NCBI RefSeq assembly: GCF_963921235.1
Contig: NC_086097.1
Span: 156,304,001 to 156,368,000 of the forward strand
Origin: Mobula hypostoma
Taxonomy: Eukaryota
Reading direction: 5' to 3'
Length of the DNA stretch: 64,000 bases
The notes under the pieces are model-generated. The model ran no database searches. It was not told the origin of the DNA and saw nothing but the letters and a program-made list of their open reading frames with translations. The translations under genes were made by a program, and so were the position numbers. Positions 50,333 through 61,910 of this stretch are shown in pieces (position 1 is the stretch's first letter; every line of letters starts with the position of its first letter).

Positions 50333-52589
50333 GCCTTGAGTTCAAAAGTCATGAGGCTCTGGTGCAACTTTGTGAAACTCAAGTGAGGCCACATTTGGAG
50401 TATTACGTACAGTTCTGATTGCCCCACTATAGGAAGGATATTAAGGCTTCAGGGAAGGTGCAGAAGAGGATTACCAGGATGCTGCCTGGTTCAGAGGGCA
50501 TGTGCTATCACAAGAGGCTGGATAAACTGGGATGAATTTCTCTGGAGTGACAGAGCCTGAGGGGAGATCCGATAGAGGTTTACAAGATCATGAGAAGCAT
50601 AGATAGAGTGGACAGAGAGTATCCGTTTCCCAGGGTTTAAATACCTAACACCAGAGGGCATGCCTTGAAGATAAGAGGGGTTAGGTTCAAGGGAGATGTG
50701 AGGGCTAAGTTTTTCACTCTGAGAGTCATGGATGCCTGGAATGCACTGCCTGGTCTGGTGGTAGAGGCTTTTAGAGACGTTTAGGTTGGCACATGGATGC
50801 AAGGAACATCAAGGAATGTGGACGTTGTGTAGGTAGGAGGGATTAGTGTTCAGGTGGTTTTGATTTTCTCTTTAGCTGGTTCAGCACAACATTGTGGACC
50901 AAATGGCCTGTTCCTGTGCTGTACTATTCTGTATTCTATATTTGGGATAAGGTGTAAAACAGAGGAGATCAAAGAATAAGAAGAGTTGGAACTGCAAGGC
51001 AAAACAACCTTTGAATAAAACCAGTATTCAACCTTAATGGGAAAAGAGTACTAACCATGTGGAAATGATAGCTGCACAAATGCATCAATACTCCAGAGAT
51101 CTGAAACGTTCCAGCTCAATGTTCAGAAAACAAAAGTACGCTGAGCTGAACTATTTTCAGTTGTGTACCTTGTCTCAATTACTTTTCTTCTCAGTTGTTC
51201 AAGTACATCAGAGCAATAAAGCATTCTTACATTAAAAGAACCAATGTGTGAAGGTGCTATAAAAAGCTGAATATTGCTCTTCAGGGTCTAATTCCTTCTC
51301 TACAGGAAAAGCATCAAGCTGCAATACAATCTACCCTTAATTGCCAACATACATGAAATGGGCAAATTGTCCTTGAGATTAGATATACATGATACTCTGA
51401 GAATATTGAACAAACACTATTTTGGGATTGCCAGCATTTTGCAAAGCACAATAAAGATGTTATTAAACAATAATAAATATGCCCAAGATAAGGAAATTGT
51501 TTACTGGCCCGAGCAGGCTGCTACAAAGAAACCATTAAAGAGATGGGATTGCTTTTACTATTCCCACATAAACCACAGTTTATGACCCCGTAAACCAAAG
51601 GAGGTCACTGTTATTCGTCAAGCAGATTGTATATGCATAAAAAGCTCAAGCTCCCCTGTAAGTTCTGAATTTAAATTCTATGGTTGTTTTTCTCTCACAA
51701 TCTACTTGTCAATTCCTGATTAAGTTTGTAAATTAATGATCATTATTGCTGACTCTTGTGAGCACTGTTGATTTCAAGTTAGTCCTTGAGTCAACATCTT
51801 ATCAAGGTTTGTTCAGTACTAATGGACTACATCCTTCTCTGGTTCTTTCAGGAAATAGTGTCCTCAATCAAACTGTTGCCTGTTGCTATAATCTGCCACA
51901 GTTAGTGTTTCTAAACTAAAGGGAGGTAGAGGTCCTACGATTGATCTAACTCTTATTTAATCTCTCAGCAATGCATATGAGTGTGGAGAAGACCTAAGTG
52001 TTTTCCACACTCAAAATATCTGCTGAAATCTTGGTGTAGATTCACAAATGAACAAAAATGTCCCTTAAACCTCCCATTAGTCACAAATGTGGAAGAGACA
52101 ATTCACCTGATTGTCTCTATACTGGCTCTCAGAGAAATCCTATCAATCTTATTTCCTCATTTAGTTCACTGTAACTTATGCTTATTTATATGCTATTTAC
52201 ATCACCCACCCTCTTCTAATTCATATATGCTACAAGTAAGTTACAGTTACCAATGAATCAACATGTCTTTGAAATGTGGGGAGAAACTGGAATCACAGGT
52301 GAAGAAATAAATTCCGCATGAACAGCGGAAGAGATCAAGATTGAACCAAAGTTGTTATGATTCAGCAACCTACCTGCTGAGGCAATGTGCCACCCTGTGA
52401 GGGATCAGTAATTACCTAAGGCAGGTGTAGGAGGGCTGCATCTATCTCACATTAACTCATTGCCAAGTTGCTCAAAATCTTAGCTCATAATGATTTCCAT
52501 GCAGAACAAGAACAGTGAATCAGAATTGTTTGTTTATTTCTGATCCTTTGGCCCAGGAGCAAACAAAAAACACCTGCAACAGTTGCAGC

Positions 52590-52945
52590 TAAGTGGAGTG
52601 TTTCCATCAAGAAGAGAGAGTAAATAGAGTTGGATTGTTCTTACTGGAGCAGGAGAGGTTAAAAGGCCACATGATTGAGGAATATAAAATTATTTGTGGC
52701 ATAGATAGGATAGACTGCAGTAAACCTTTTCCAATATCTGAGGTAGATAAAACTGGAGTACTTGGTTTTAGGGCGAGGGGCTTAGCAGGGATCTAAAAGG
52801 GAATTTTTTTTCACCTAGATGCCGGTGAGCACCCAGAATATATTCTGTGGGGACGTGGTGGAAACAGAATTGTTAACAACATTTAAGAAAAGTCTCGATG
52901 AGCATTTGAATCATGATCTGTGTCTGTTCTGCATGATTCTATGAC
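52590..52945 (+). mobile_element. Old CR1 3' fragment
   Basis: EERVNRVGLFLLEQERLKGHMIEEYKIICGIDRID. Confidence 0.75.
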
Positions 52946-53491
52946 TTATGGAAGCTCTGGGAATTTTCAAACAAGATTTACAATACCTCTATAATTACCT
53001 ATTCTTTTAAGATTCTGCTGTGAATCCTATTGCTATAAAACAAAGCATTAAGAAAACATTTCCAATACACTTGAAAATACAGTCTACATTTCTGATTCAG
53101 ATTCAATTATAAAATAATATAATCACTCAGTATTTGGCAATAAGTCACTCCTGTGTCCATTGTACGGGTCCACCATTGTTATTTCTTAAATGCTTTCCAA
53201 ATATATGACTTGGCAAGCAGTTATCAGCACAGAAAATAACTATTTTAATTAGACACTGCACTTACTCTTGACTTATTTAATACTTTTCTTTCTGAAACTT
53301 TCCAACCAGTGAATTTTTAAGTGTCTGTCCAATAACAAATTGTGTTGTAAGTCAATGATGATTAATTTTCCATAGAGGGTGGACTTATGGAAACATGACT
53401 CATCCAAACATTTTCAATAATTCATCTAAAACATATTTTAAAATGAATGCCTCTTCCCACACCACCTTCAGAAGTTTATTACTAATAAAAT

Positions 53492-54668
53492 GAGCCACAC
53501 ATGAGGCTACTTAACAAGATAAGAGCCCATGGAATTATAGGAAAGTTACATACGTGGATAGAGCGTTGGCTGATTGGCAGGAAACAGAGAGTGGGAATAA
53601 AGGGATCCTGTTCTGGTTGGCTGCCGGTTACCAGTTGTGTTCCACAGGGGTCCGTGTTGGGGCCGCTTCTTTTTACATTGTACATCAACGATCTGGATTA
53701 TGGAACAGATGGCTTTGTGGCTAAGTTTGCTGATGATACGAAGATAGGTGGAGGGGCTGGTAGTGCTGAGGAAACGGAGAGTCTGCAGAGAGACTTGGAT
53801 AGAATGGAAGAATGGGCAGAGAAGTGGCAAATGAAGTACAATGTTGGAAAGTGTATGGTTATGCACTTTGGCAGAAAAAATAAATGGGCAGACTATTATT
53901 TAAATGGGGAAAGAATTCAAAGATCTGAGATGCAACGGGACTTGGGAGTCCTCGTACAGGATTCCCTTAAAGTTAACCTCCAGGTTGAGTCAGTAGTGAA
54001 GAAGGTGAATGCAATGTTGGCATTCATTTCTAGAGGAATAGAGTATAGGAGCAGGGATGTGATGTTGAGGCTATATAAGGCGCTGGTGAGACCTCACTTG
54101 GAGTACTGTGGGCAGTTTTGGTCTCCTTATTTAAGAAAGGATGTGCTGACGTTGGAGAGGGCACACAGAAAATTCACAAGAATGATTCCGGGAATGAGAG
54201 GGTTAACATATGAGGAACGTTTGTCCGCTCTTGGACTGTATTCCTTGGAGTTTAGAAGAATGAGGGGGGACCTCATAGAAATATTTCGAATGTTAAAAGG
54301 CATGGACAGAGTGGATGTGGCAAAGTTGTTTCCCATGATGGGGGAGTCTAGTACGAGAGGGCATGACTTCAGGATTGAAGGGCGCCCTTTCAGAACAGAA
54401 ATGCGAAGAAATTTTTTTGGTCAGAGGGTGGTGAATCTATGGAATTTGTTGCCATGGGCAGCAGTGGAGGCCAAGTCATTGGGCGTATTTAAGGCAGAGA
54501 TTGATAGGTATCTGAGTAGCCAGGGCATCAAAGGTTATGGTGAGAAGGCGGGGCAGTGGGACTAAATAGGATAAAATGGATCAGCTCATGATATTTGGCG
54601 CAGCAGACTCGATGGGCCGAATGGTCTACTTCTGCTCCTTTGTCTTATGGTCTTATGGTCTTATGGTC
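53492..54668 (+). mobile_element. Young 5'-truncated CR1 (open RT C-terminal half, 53501-54565)
   Basis: VPQGSVLGP, KFADDTKIGG, LVRPHLEYC; (TCTTATGG)3 tail; TSD TAAAAT (53486-53491 / 54669-54674). Confidence 0.95.
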
Positions 54669-55043
54669 TAAAATCAGTTTATGTCATACAAACGGTCTAA
54701 GTAATTATTATTGATTTAATCTGGTTTCCCCACTTTACCAATATTCTATTGTCATTGTGATTGTTTTAATAATACAGCTCTATCGTTGACCTTTGCCAAA
54801 TTGCAAGCTCTTGCTACACTCTAACATGTTCTTATAGTTACAGTATCTTATAGTCTGTTAAGTTTTGTAACTTCAGAACACTAAACTAATCCAAAGGATG
54901 GCATGAAAGTCTGAAATGTAGGTGTAACTTTGAATTTTCTTCAAGCTAGGGTGTGCAAGTATCACATGGTAGCATGATGACATATGCAATAACATATTTT
55001 TACATAAAATCTGTAATTCATTATTTACGTGAACAAGAATACT

Positions 55044-56141
55044 TGTCATGGTCTGGTCCATGAAGTCCGTATTCCGGTTCACGGTCCAGTTCATCGACCC
55101 TTGCTTCAGGTTTTCCTATCTACCCTGTTTCTGTTCTTGTTGAGCTAATTGAGGCAGCTGATGCTCGTTGGGGCTGGCTGCATAAATACCTTCAGAGACC
55201 CAGGCATGGCTGCTGGATTGTTCTTGTCCTTACTCCTTGTATCCCTTGCTCTGCCTTCTGTTTCCTTGCCTGAAGCCTTGCCTTGTCTTACCGGTAACTC
55301 TCACCTTGCCTGAAGTTCTCGTCTCGCCTTGCTCTGCCAGAAGCCTTGCCTTGTCTTGCTGGTACCTCTCGCCTCATCTCGCCTGCAGTCTTGTCCTGGA
55401 GCCACCCTGTACCTAGCTCCCTTCCTGTCCCTTGCCTCCGTCCAGGTAAGCCAGGCCGTCTTGCCGTTACCTGGGGTTGGTTCTGTCCCTTCCTGTCCCT
55501 TGCCTCTGTCGGGTGATGATCTGCACCCTGCCCAGGAGGAGCCTGCCAAGCCTCACCTCAATCTCCAACCAAGGCTCGCCTCAAGTCTCCTGCCTCCTGC
55601 CTCCAGCCTCGCCTCGCCTCAAGTCTCCAGCCTCCAGCCTCGCCTCAAGTCTCCAGCCTCCAGCCTCGCCTCGCCTCAAGTCTCCAGCCTCCAGCCTCGT
55701 CTCAAGTCTCCAGCCTCCAGCCTCGCCTCAAGTCTCAAGTCTCAAGTCTCCTGCCTAGCCTTGCCTCGTCTCTTGCCTAGCCTTGCCTCGTCTCTTGCCT
55801 AGCCTCGCCCCGTCTCTTGCCTAGCCTCTGGCCTGAAGACTCCAGCCTCTAGCCTCTAGCCTCAAGCCTGAAGATTCCAGCCTCGTCCTGCCTGCCTGCC
55901 AAGCCTCGTGCTTGCCTAGTTCTGAGGTCCGAGCCAGAGGCAAGACCCAGGTACTGGGTCCTTGTCCAGTCTCTGGCTTGGAGTCCAAGCCTGGGCTCCT
56001 AGCCCTCTTGTCTAGTCCTGTTCCAGGTTCCTGGTTTTGCTGTCCATGTCCTTGCCATCACCCTGTATCCTAGTCCTGTCCCTAGTACTTCAGTGTCTGT
56101 GTCTTGCACTTGGGTCCGTTCCCAGCCACCACCCTATGACA
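55044..56141 (+). mobile_element. Solo LTR inserted in the 3' LTR of Gypsy 2
   Basis: TGTCAT...ATGACA termini, 5-bp TSD ATACT (55039-55043 / 56142-56146), TATA-like CATAAATA ~55181. Confidence 0.88.
55575..55885 (+). repeat. Imperfect tandem array (CCTCAAGTCTCCAGCCTCCAGCCTCG and CTTGCCTAGC units) inside the solo LTR
   Basis: Directly visible repeated 26-31-bp units. Confidence 0.9.
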
Positions 56142-57926
56142 ATACTTCATCAAACTATATACAGTACACACAAAATTACTCAAATATTATTGAAATATTA
56201 AACACACAACACTCCTTACTGCTTAACTATAAACTCCAAATCAACATAGAATGCATCTCAACTATATACACAGTATACTATCTAATACAACTACTATATA
56301 CTGTACAGACATCCACAGCGTGGTAAGTTTAAATTGTTCCATTCAGGCTTAAAGATTTAATCACTGTGGAGGATTTCTTACTTCTGTGGAAAATCGTTTT
56401 TCCTGGTAGAGGGGAATACTCTGTTTGACACACGAGACTTGGAGTCGACTGAAACTGCAGGAAGTAATTCTGATAACAGTAGCCAACTTTCATCCTTATC
56501 AATTGACTCTGCTCTCCTCAACTGATTGATGTGGCATCTCCAGATGATATCAGATGCAATCACCACTGTGTAGGAAAGTGGTCCAGTTGTGTTCTTAATC
56601 TTTCCACGAACCCACTTTTGACCACCTCAGTAACCCTCACCAGGACTTCTTGTCCAGGAGTGAAAGACTGAACCTCCTTGTTTGGGGAGACTTCAATCTG
56701 TCTCAGTTGTTGTCCTGCATGGTTGAAGATGTAATATGTCTTATATCATTTATTTTTAGGAATGATTGAAACTATTTCCCCACAATGGTCCTTTGTTACT
56801 GACTAATGTTCTGGAACAGAAGTCCTTGTGAAGAGGCTTTTCAGTACATCAAGAGTGTACAATGCTATCGTGTAGTCTATTGGGAACACTTCTGGGTACG
56901 TCCACTATTACTATGAAAGCGTGCTTATGAATGGTCTGGCAAAATCCATATGAATCCTCTGTCAGGGCAACGCAGGGCATTCCCAGGCAATGGAGGGATG
57001 CTACTCTTGGCATCTTCTGGACATGTTGGCATATCATTCAGTGCATGGCAAGTTGTTAAATCTGCTGATCTATCCCAGGTCACCAGACAAACATTCAAGC
57101 CAATGCTTTCATTTTAACCAAGTCTGGCTGATTAGCATGTAGCTCCTCCAACAATTTAGCTCTCGGCTTGGATGGTACAGCAACTCTCAATCCCAACATA
57201 AGGCAACTTCTGTCAAGGGCAAGTTTAATTTGGCACTGGTGAAAATAGGAAACTGGAGTTTCTATTGTGCATTGCAGCCATTTTGAGTGGCCATGTAGAA
57301 CTGAGCCAGCATCCGGACTTTTCTGGTTTCCTTTTGGATCAGCCCTGCTGTAAGACAGAGACTTTCAATTTGCATAGGAAAGAGTAAGTAAAGAGGAGTG
57401 TCTTTTTCAGTAATTTTTTTCTGGTACTTTCTTTTCCAAGGGTAAACAGGACAATCCATCATCATTTCCATAATTAGTCATTCTCTTGAATTGAATTTTG
57501 TATTTGTGTCCTCCAAGATACAGAGCCCATCTCTACATTCATGTTGCCCTTCCGTGGAATGAAAATGGACACTGGTGGCTGATGATCAGTAATAAGGGTA
57601 AACTCTTTCCCATATAAGTATTGGTTAAAATGTTTTATATGCCTAACTAGACTCAAGTCCTCCCTGTCAATCTGCAGTGGTAGGGAAACATGATGCAAAG
57701 GTTGTAGGGCATTCACTTCCATCACTAATAACATGTGAAATGACTCTAACCTATACGATAAGGTGAGGCATCACAGGGAAGCTTCATTGGACGATGTGAA
57801 TCACAATGTGTCTGTAAAGTGTCTGATGTCACCACTGCCTTTACCTTTTGGAAAGCCACCTTACATTGCCATGCCTTTTGCCTTTCCTTCCCGATCTATA
57901 GTAACACATTCAAGGAGTGAAGAGTA

Positions 57927-58835
57927 GTTCAAAGTATAATTATCCAAGTATGTATAAATAGTACAACTTTGAGATTCGTCTGTTTATAGGCAGCCACAAA
58001 ACAAGAAACCCAAAAGAACCCAACTTAAAGAAAAACACTCCCAATGGGGAGGGAGGGAGAGAGGGAGAGAGAAAGGAAAATACACAAATCACATAACCAA
58101 TAAGAGGAAGCAACAGCATTCAGAACAAAGTGAGTCTACAGCCCCCAGCATCTGGAGCAGTCAGAGTAGGCCCATAGCCTCATTCTCAGTTCATTACACA
58201 ATGAGAGAAATCTCCATGAAGCTCACAGACACAAAGCACAGAGCAGCTGGAGCAGTCTTAACAAGCTCAGTGCCACGGAGAGAGGAGGAAAGGTTGTAGA
58301 AGAGCTAGTAAAACCAGCCTCATCCTCACCTCCAGTCCCAACACCTTGCCCTTCCAGTCTATCTGGGCCAGCATTTAAATTGTCCAAACACCAGGTTATT
58401 GCCCACACAGGCCTCACTGCAGTGATATGTTCTAGGCCTGTACTCCACCACCCAGCCCATGGCTGTACTCGACCTTTCCAAATTGGCTCAGCACCTAGAT
58501 CGATCCAACCTCGTTCCTGGTTCAGGTGGATGGGCTCCGAAACTCCTCCACTCTGACTCCTCACTGATTCGTGCACTCCAACTCCATCTGCAACTCCAAA
58601 TCTGTCTTGAACATGCCTCGTCCTCACTTCTTCTCAAACGTGCCACGCTTTGACTTTGCATCGCACCCTCAAGTCAGCCTCGTCTTTGCTCACCTCTTCA
58701 TTGTTTGTGGTAATAGTGTACCATAATTTACCACATAAAAAGTCTTATTAATAAAGTATTTAGTCATATTTCTTGACTTAAGAACCACCAGTCAGCTGTC
58801 ACCCAATTTCAGTAGCACCATTTTAAACTGTAAGT
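57927..58835 (-). mobile_element. Second copy of AAGATG-headed family 1, nested in Gypsy 2 pol
   Basis: Ends resemble 16564-17497 (CAAAGT..ATTATC.AAGTATGTATA; CCACCAG...TTCA..AGCA.CAT.TTAAAC). Confidence 0.6.
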
Positions 58836-60465
58836 ACAGAGCCTGACAGTAGCCAGGTTTGGCAGGAACCTGTACAAGTGATTGACAAATCCTAAAAAAG
58901 GGCTGCAACTGTGATACCTCCTTTAACCTTGGGGCATCCACTGTTTGAATTTTCTCAGCAGACTGATGTAATCATTGTGCATCAACCATGTGATCACAAT
59001 AAGTGATGCTTGGTTTAAAGAATCCACACTGGTCTCGTCATGCTCTGAGCCCATGATCTTCTGATCATTTTTACACTCTCTTGAGTTTTGGAGATGTCCC
59101 TTGTCATCCTTACTGGTATAATGATGTCATCCAGGTAACACTAGGTGCCTGGGCATCCTTACAGCATCTGGTCCATAACTTTCTGCAGAGAGCAGGTGTA
59201 GATGCGACTCCAAAAATAATTGTAGTGATAAAGCCCTTTGCCATTCTTTATGGTGAGAAACACTTTAGACTCTTCTTCCATCTCCATCTGAAAGCAGGCC
59301 TCAGCTTAGTCCACTTTGCTAAAGTGTTTTCCTTCAGAAAAGTTTGCAACAATATTCTCTATCCTGAGCTGAGGGTCTTAATCTATTAGAGTACTGAGTT
59401 GATGGTAACCTTAAAATCACCCACAGATCCTGACAGACCATCCTTCGTGGCTATGGACTACTGGCTTTGTCCATGGGCTCCACTCAACCTTGAAAAGAAT
59501 TTCTTCAGCCTCCATACGATCTTGCTCAAAGGCTACCTCAACATAGATAGTATAAGGAACTGGACAGGCTTGCGAAAAATTTGTGCAGAATTTTCATTTA
59601 ACACAATTTTACTTTGGATATGTTTGAATTTTCCAATGCCATTCTTGAACACTGCTGTGGCATCATCCAGTATCTTTCTTAAATTGCTTTCATATGGCAT
59701 CATTGCAGGGGATCTGGCATGTAAATGGTGAATGCATCTCAATCAAATTGTCGTCTCAGCCAGTCATGCCCCCACAATCCTAGCCCTCCTATTTTTCCCA
59801 TATGCAAACTCAATCTGGCTTGTTGTTTGGTGTATTTCACTGTTATGAATGTCATTCCCATAAGAGTTACCTTCTTTATTACTGTTTAGGTTCTTAGATA
59901 GATACCTGCAGGCTTCAGTTTAGTATCTTTGAAATGCCATTCAAACTCATTTTGTGGAATGACTGAAAAAGCTGTACCGGTGTCTAATTTCATTTTAATT
60001 AAATTGCCATTCATTTCTGGCATAAGCTATATTGTTTGTCTATTTAAAAACGCAAACCCGAGGAAATCTTCAGATGCTGGAAATTCAAGCAACACACACA
60101 AAATGCTGGTGGAATGCAGTAGGCCTGGCAGCATCTATAGGAAGAAGCACAGTTGACGTTTTGGGCCGAGACCGTTCGTCAGGACTAACTGAAAGAAGAG
60201 ATAGTAAGAGATTTGAAGAGATTTGAAAGTGGGAGGGGGTGGGGGAGATCTGAAATGATAGGAGAAGACAGGAGGGGGAGGGATGAAGCTAAAAGCTGGA
60301 AAGCAGATTGGCAAAAGGGATACAGAGTTGGAGAAAGGGGAGGATCATGAGACAGGAGGCCTGGGGAGAAAGAATGGGGGAGGGGAGCACCAGAGGAAGA
60401 TGGAGAGCAAGCAAGGAGTATTGTGAGAGGGACAGAGAAAAAAGGGAGAGAAAATAAAGGGGGAG

Positions 60466-60467
60466 AA

Positions 60468-60510
<43 letters not shown>
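60466..60510 (+). repeat. (AAAT)n microsatellite
   Basis: Perfect tetranucleotide run. Confidence 0.95.
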
Positions 60511-61267
60511 GGGATGGGGTAAGAAGGAGAGGAGGGGCATTAACGGAAGTTTGAGAAGTCAATGTTCATGCCATCAGGCTGGAGGCTACCCAGATGGAAT
60601 ATAAGGTGGTGTTCCTCCAACCTGAGTGTGGCTTCACCTTGACAGTACAGGAGGACATGGATAGACATATCAGAATGGGAATGGGACGTGGAATTAAAAT
60701 GTGTGGCCACTGGGAGACCATGCTTTCTCTGGCAGACAGAACGTAGGTGTTCAGCGAAACGGTCTCCCAGTTGTGTCAGACATTTTAATTCTATGTCCCA
60801 TTCCCATTCTGATGTGTCAGTCCATGTCCTCCTCTACTGTAAAGATGAAGTCACACTCAGGTTGGAGGAACAACACCTTATATTCCGTCTGGGTAGCCTC
60901 TAACCTGATGGCATGAACATTGACTTCTCTAACTTCCGCTAATGCCCCTCCTCCCCTTGTTACCCCATCCCTTCCTCATTTATTTATTTATTTTTCCTTT
61001 TTTTTCCCTTTCTCTCTTTTTTCTCTCTCTGTCCCTCTCACAATACTCCTTGCCTGCTCTCCATCTTTCTCTGGTGCTACCCTCCCCCTTTCTTTTTCCG
61101 CAGGCCTCTCGTCCCCAGATCCTCTCCCTTCTCCAGCTCTATCTCCCTTTTGCCAATCACCTGTCCAGCTCTTGGCCTCATCCCTCCCCCTCCTGTCTTC
61201 TCCTATCATTTTGGATCTCCCCCTCCCCCTCCCACTTTCAAATCTCTTACTATCTCTTCCTTCAGTT

Positions 61268-61303
61268 AGTCCTGACGAAGGGTCTCAGCCCGAAACGTCG
61301 ACT
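61268..61303 (+). ncRNA. Minimal type I hammerhead ribozyme motif (intact core)
   Basis: AGTC-CTGACGA-A-GGG-TCTCAG-CCC-GAAA-CG-TC-GACT: stem I AGUC/GACU, stem II GGG/CCC, palindromic ACGU stem III; predicted cut after C61299. Confidence 0.8.
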
Positions 61304-61767
61304 GTACTTCTTCCTATAGATGCTGTCTGGCCTGCTGTGTTCACCAGCATTTTGTGTGTGTTGCTTGTCTATTGTTAATTTTCAGACTATAAATCTCAAG
61401 GCTGCACAGTCCTATGTCACGATCATCATTATCAGATCTTTCATCAACAGCATGCAGATTAGTGTCCTTTTTCAAACTGCAACTTTACTTTTTACCTTTA
61501 ACTCTTCCTTGTGCAGTCCATTTGTTTTTGTCTGCTTGACATGCTTTTTGTATGTTGCATTTTCTGCAAGTTTCCCCTTTAAATCTGCATTTATTTGGTG
61601 TATGCGAGCCCCTGCCACAACTGTAGCACACTTTGTTGGCCAGGCTGGTTTCTGTTTAGTTGATGCTCATTCTCATGTTCATTTCAACTCAATTGCATCT
61701 CTGTCTCTGATTTCCTTTGAAACAGCAAGTTCTGTTGCCGTTTTGAATATAAGTTGTGTTTCAGTTA

Positions 61768-61910
61768 TGATCAGTGTCTACTTTCATTGATGAAGGGTCT
61801 CGGCCAGAAATGTTGACTGTTTACTCTTTTTCATAGATGCTGCCTGGCCTGCTGAGTTCCTCCAGCATGTTGTCTTGCTTGGATTTTCAGCATCTGCAGA
61901 TTTTCTCATC
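61768..61910 (+). mobile_element. Penelope family A solo terminal repeat in Gypsy 2 gag
   Basis: TTGATGAAGGGTCTCGGCCAGAAATGTTGACTG...; 8-bp TSD TTCAGTTA (61760-61767 / 61911-61918); removal rejoins gag IQKQFLTE/TQLIFK. Confidence 0.85.

Larger units (their letters stand above)
48890..50940 (+). mobile_element. Degenerate CR1 ORF2 and tail with two nested insertions
   Basis: PGPDGIYPKLLKEA, QHGF, KFADDTKIGG, GGCCTGTTCCTGTGCTGTACTATTCTG tail. Confidence 0.88.
60045..61364. mobile_element. Penelope family A foldback insertion
   Basis: Minus arm 60045-60770 and plus arm 60771-61364 are reverse-complement homologues over ~600 bp; 9-bp TSD TTGTCTATT (60036-60044 / 61365-61373); GIY-YIG C-terminal remnant. 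Confidence 0.9.

Noticed and set aside
51305..51585. Terminal coding exon after a good splice acceptor (93 open codons)
   Set aside because: No recognisable protein similarity and no supporting upstream exon; compatible with chance
55575..55885. Tandem repeats as a CRISPR array or a Ser/Pro-rich protein (ORFs 55329-55802, 55477-55758)
   Set aside because: No unique spacers, eukaryotic context, and the array lies inside a TSD-bounded solo LTR; the ORFs are stop-poor by-products of the repeat
60185..61378. Hydrophobic Leu/Ser/Pro/Phe-rich ORFs resembling membrane proteins (also 20950-21267, 15985-16204, 45407-45823)
   Set aside because: Translations of Penelope pyrimidine tracts and the AAAT microsatellite
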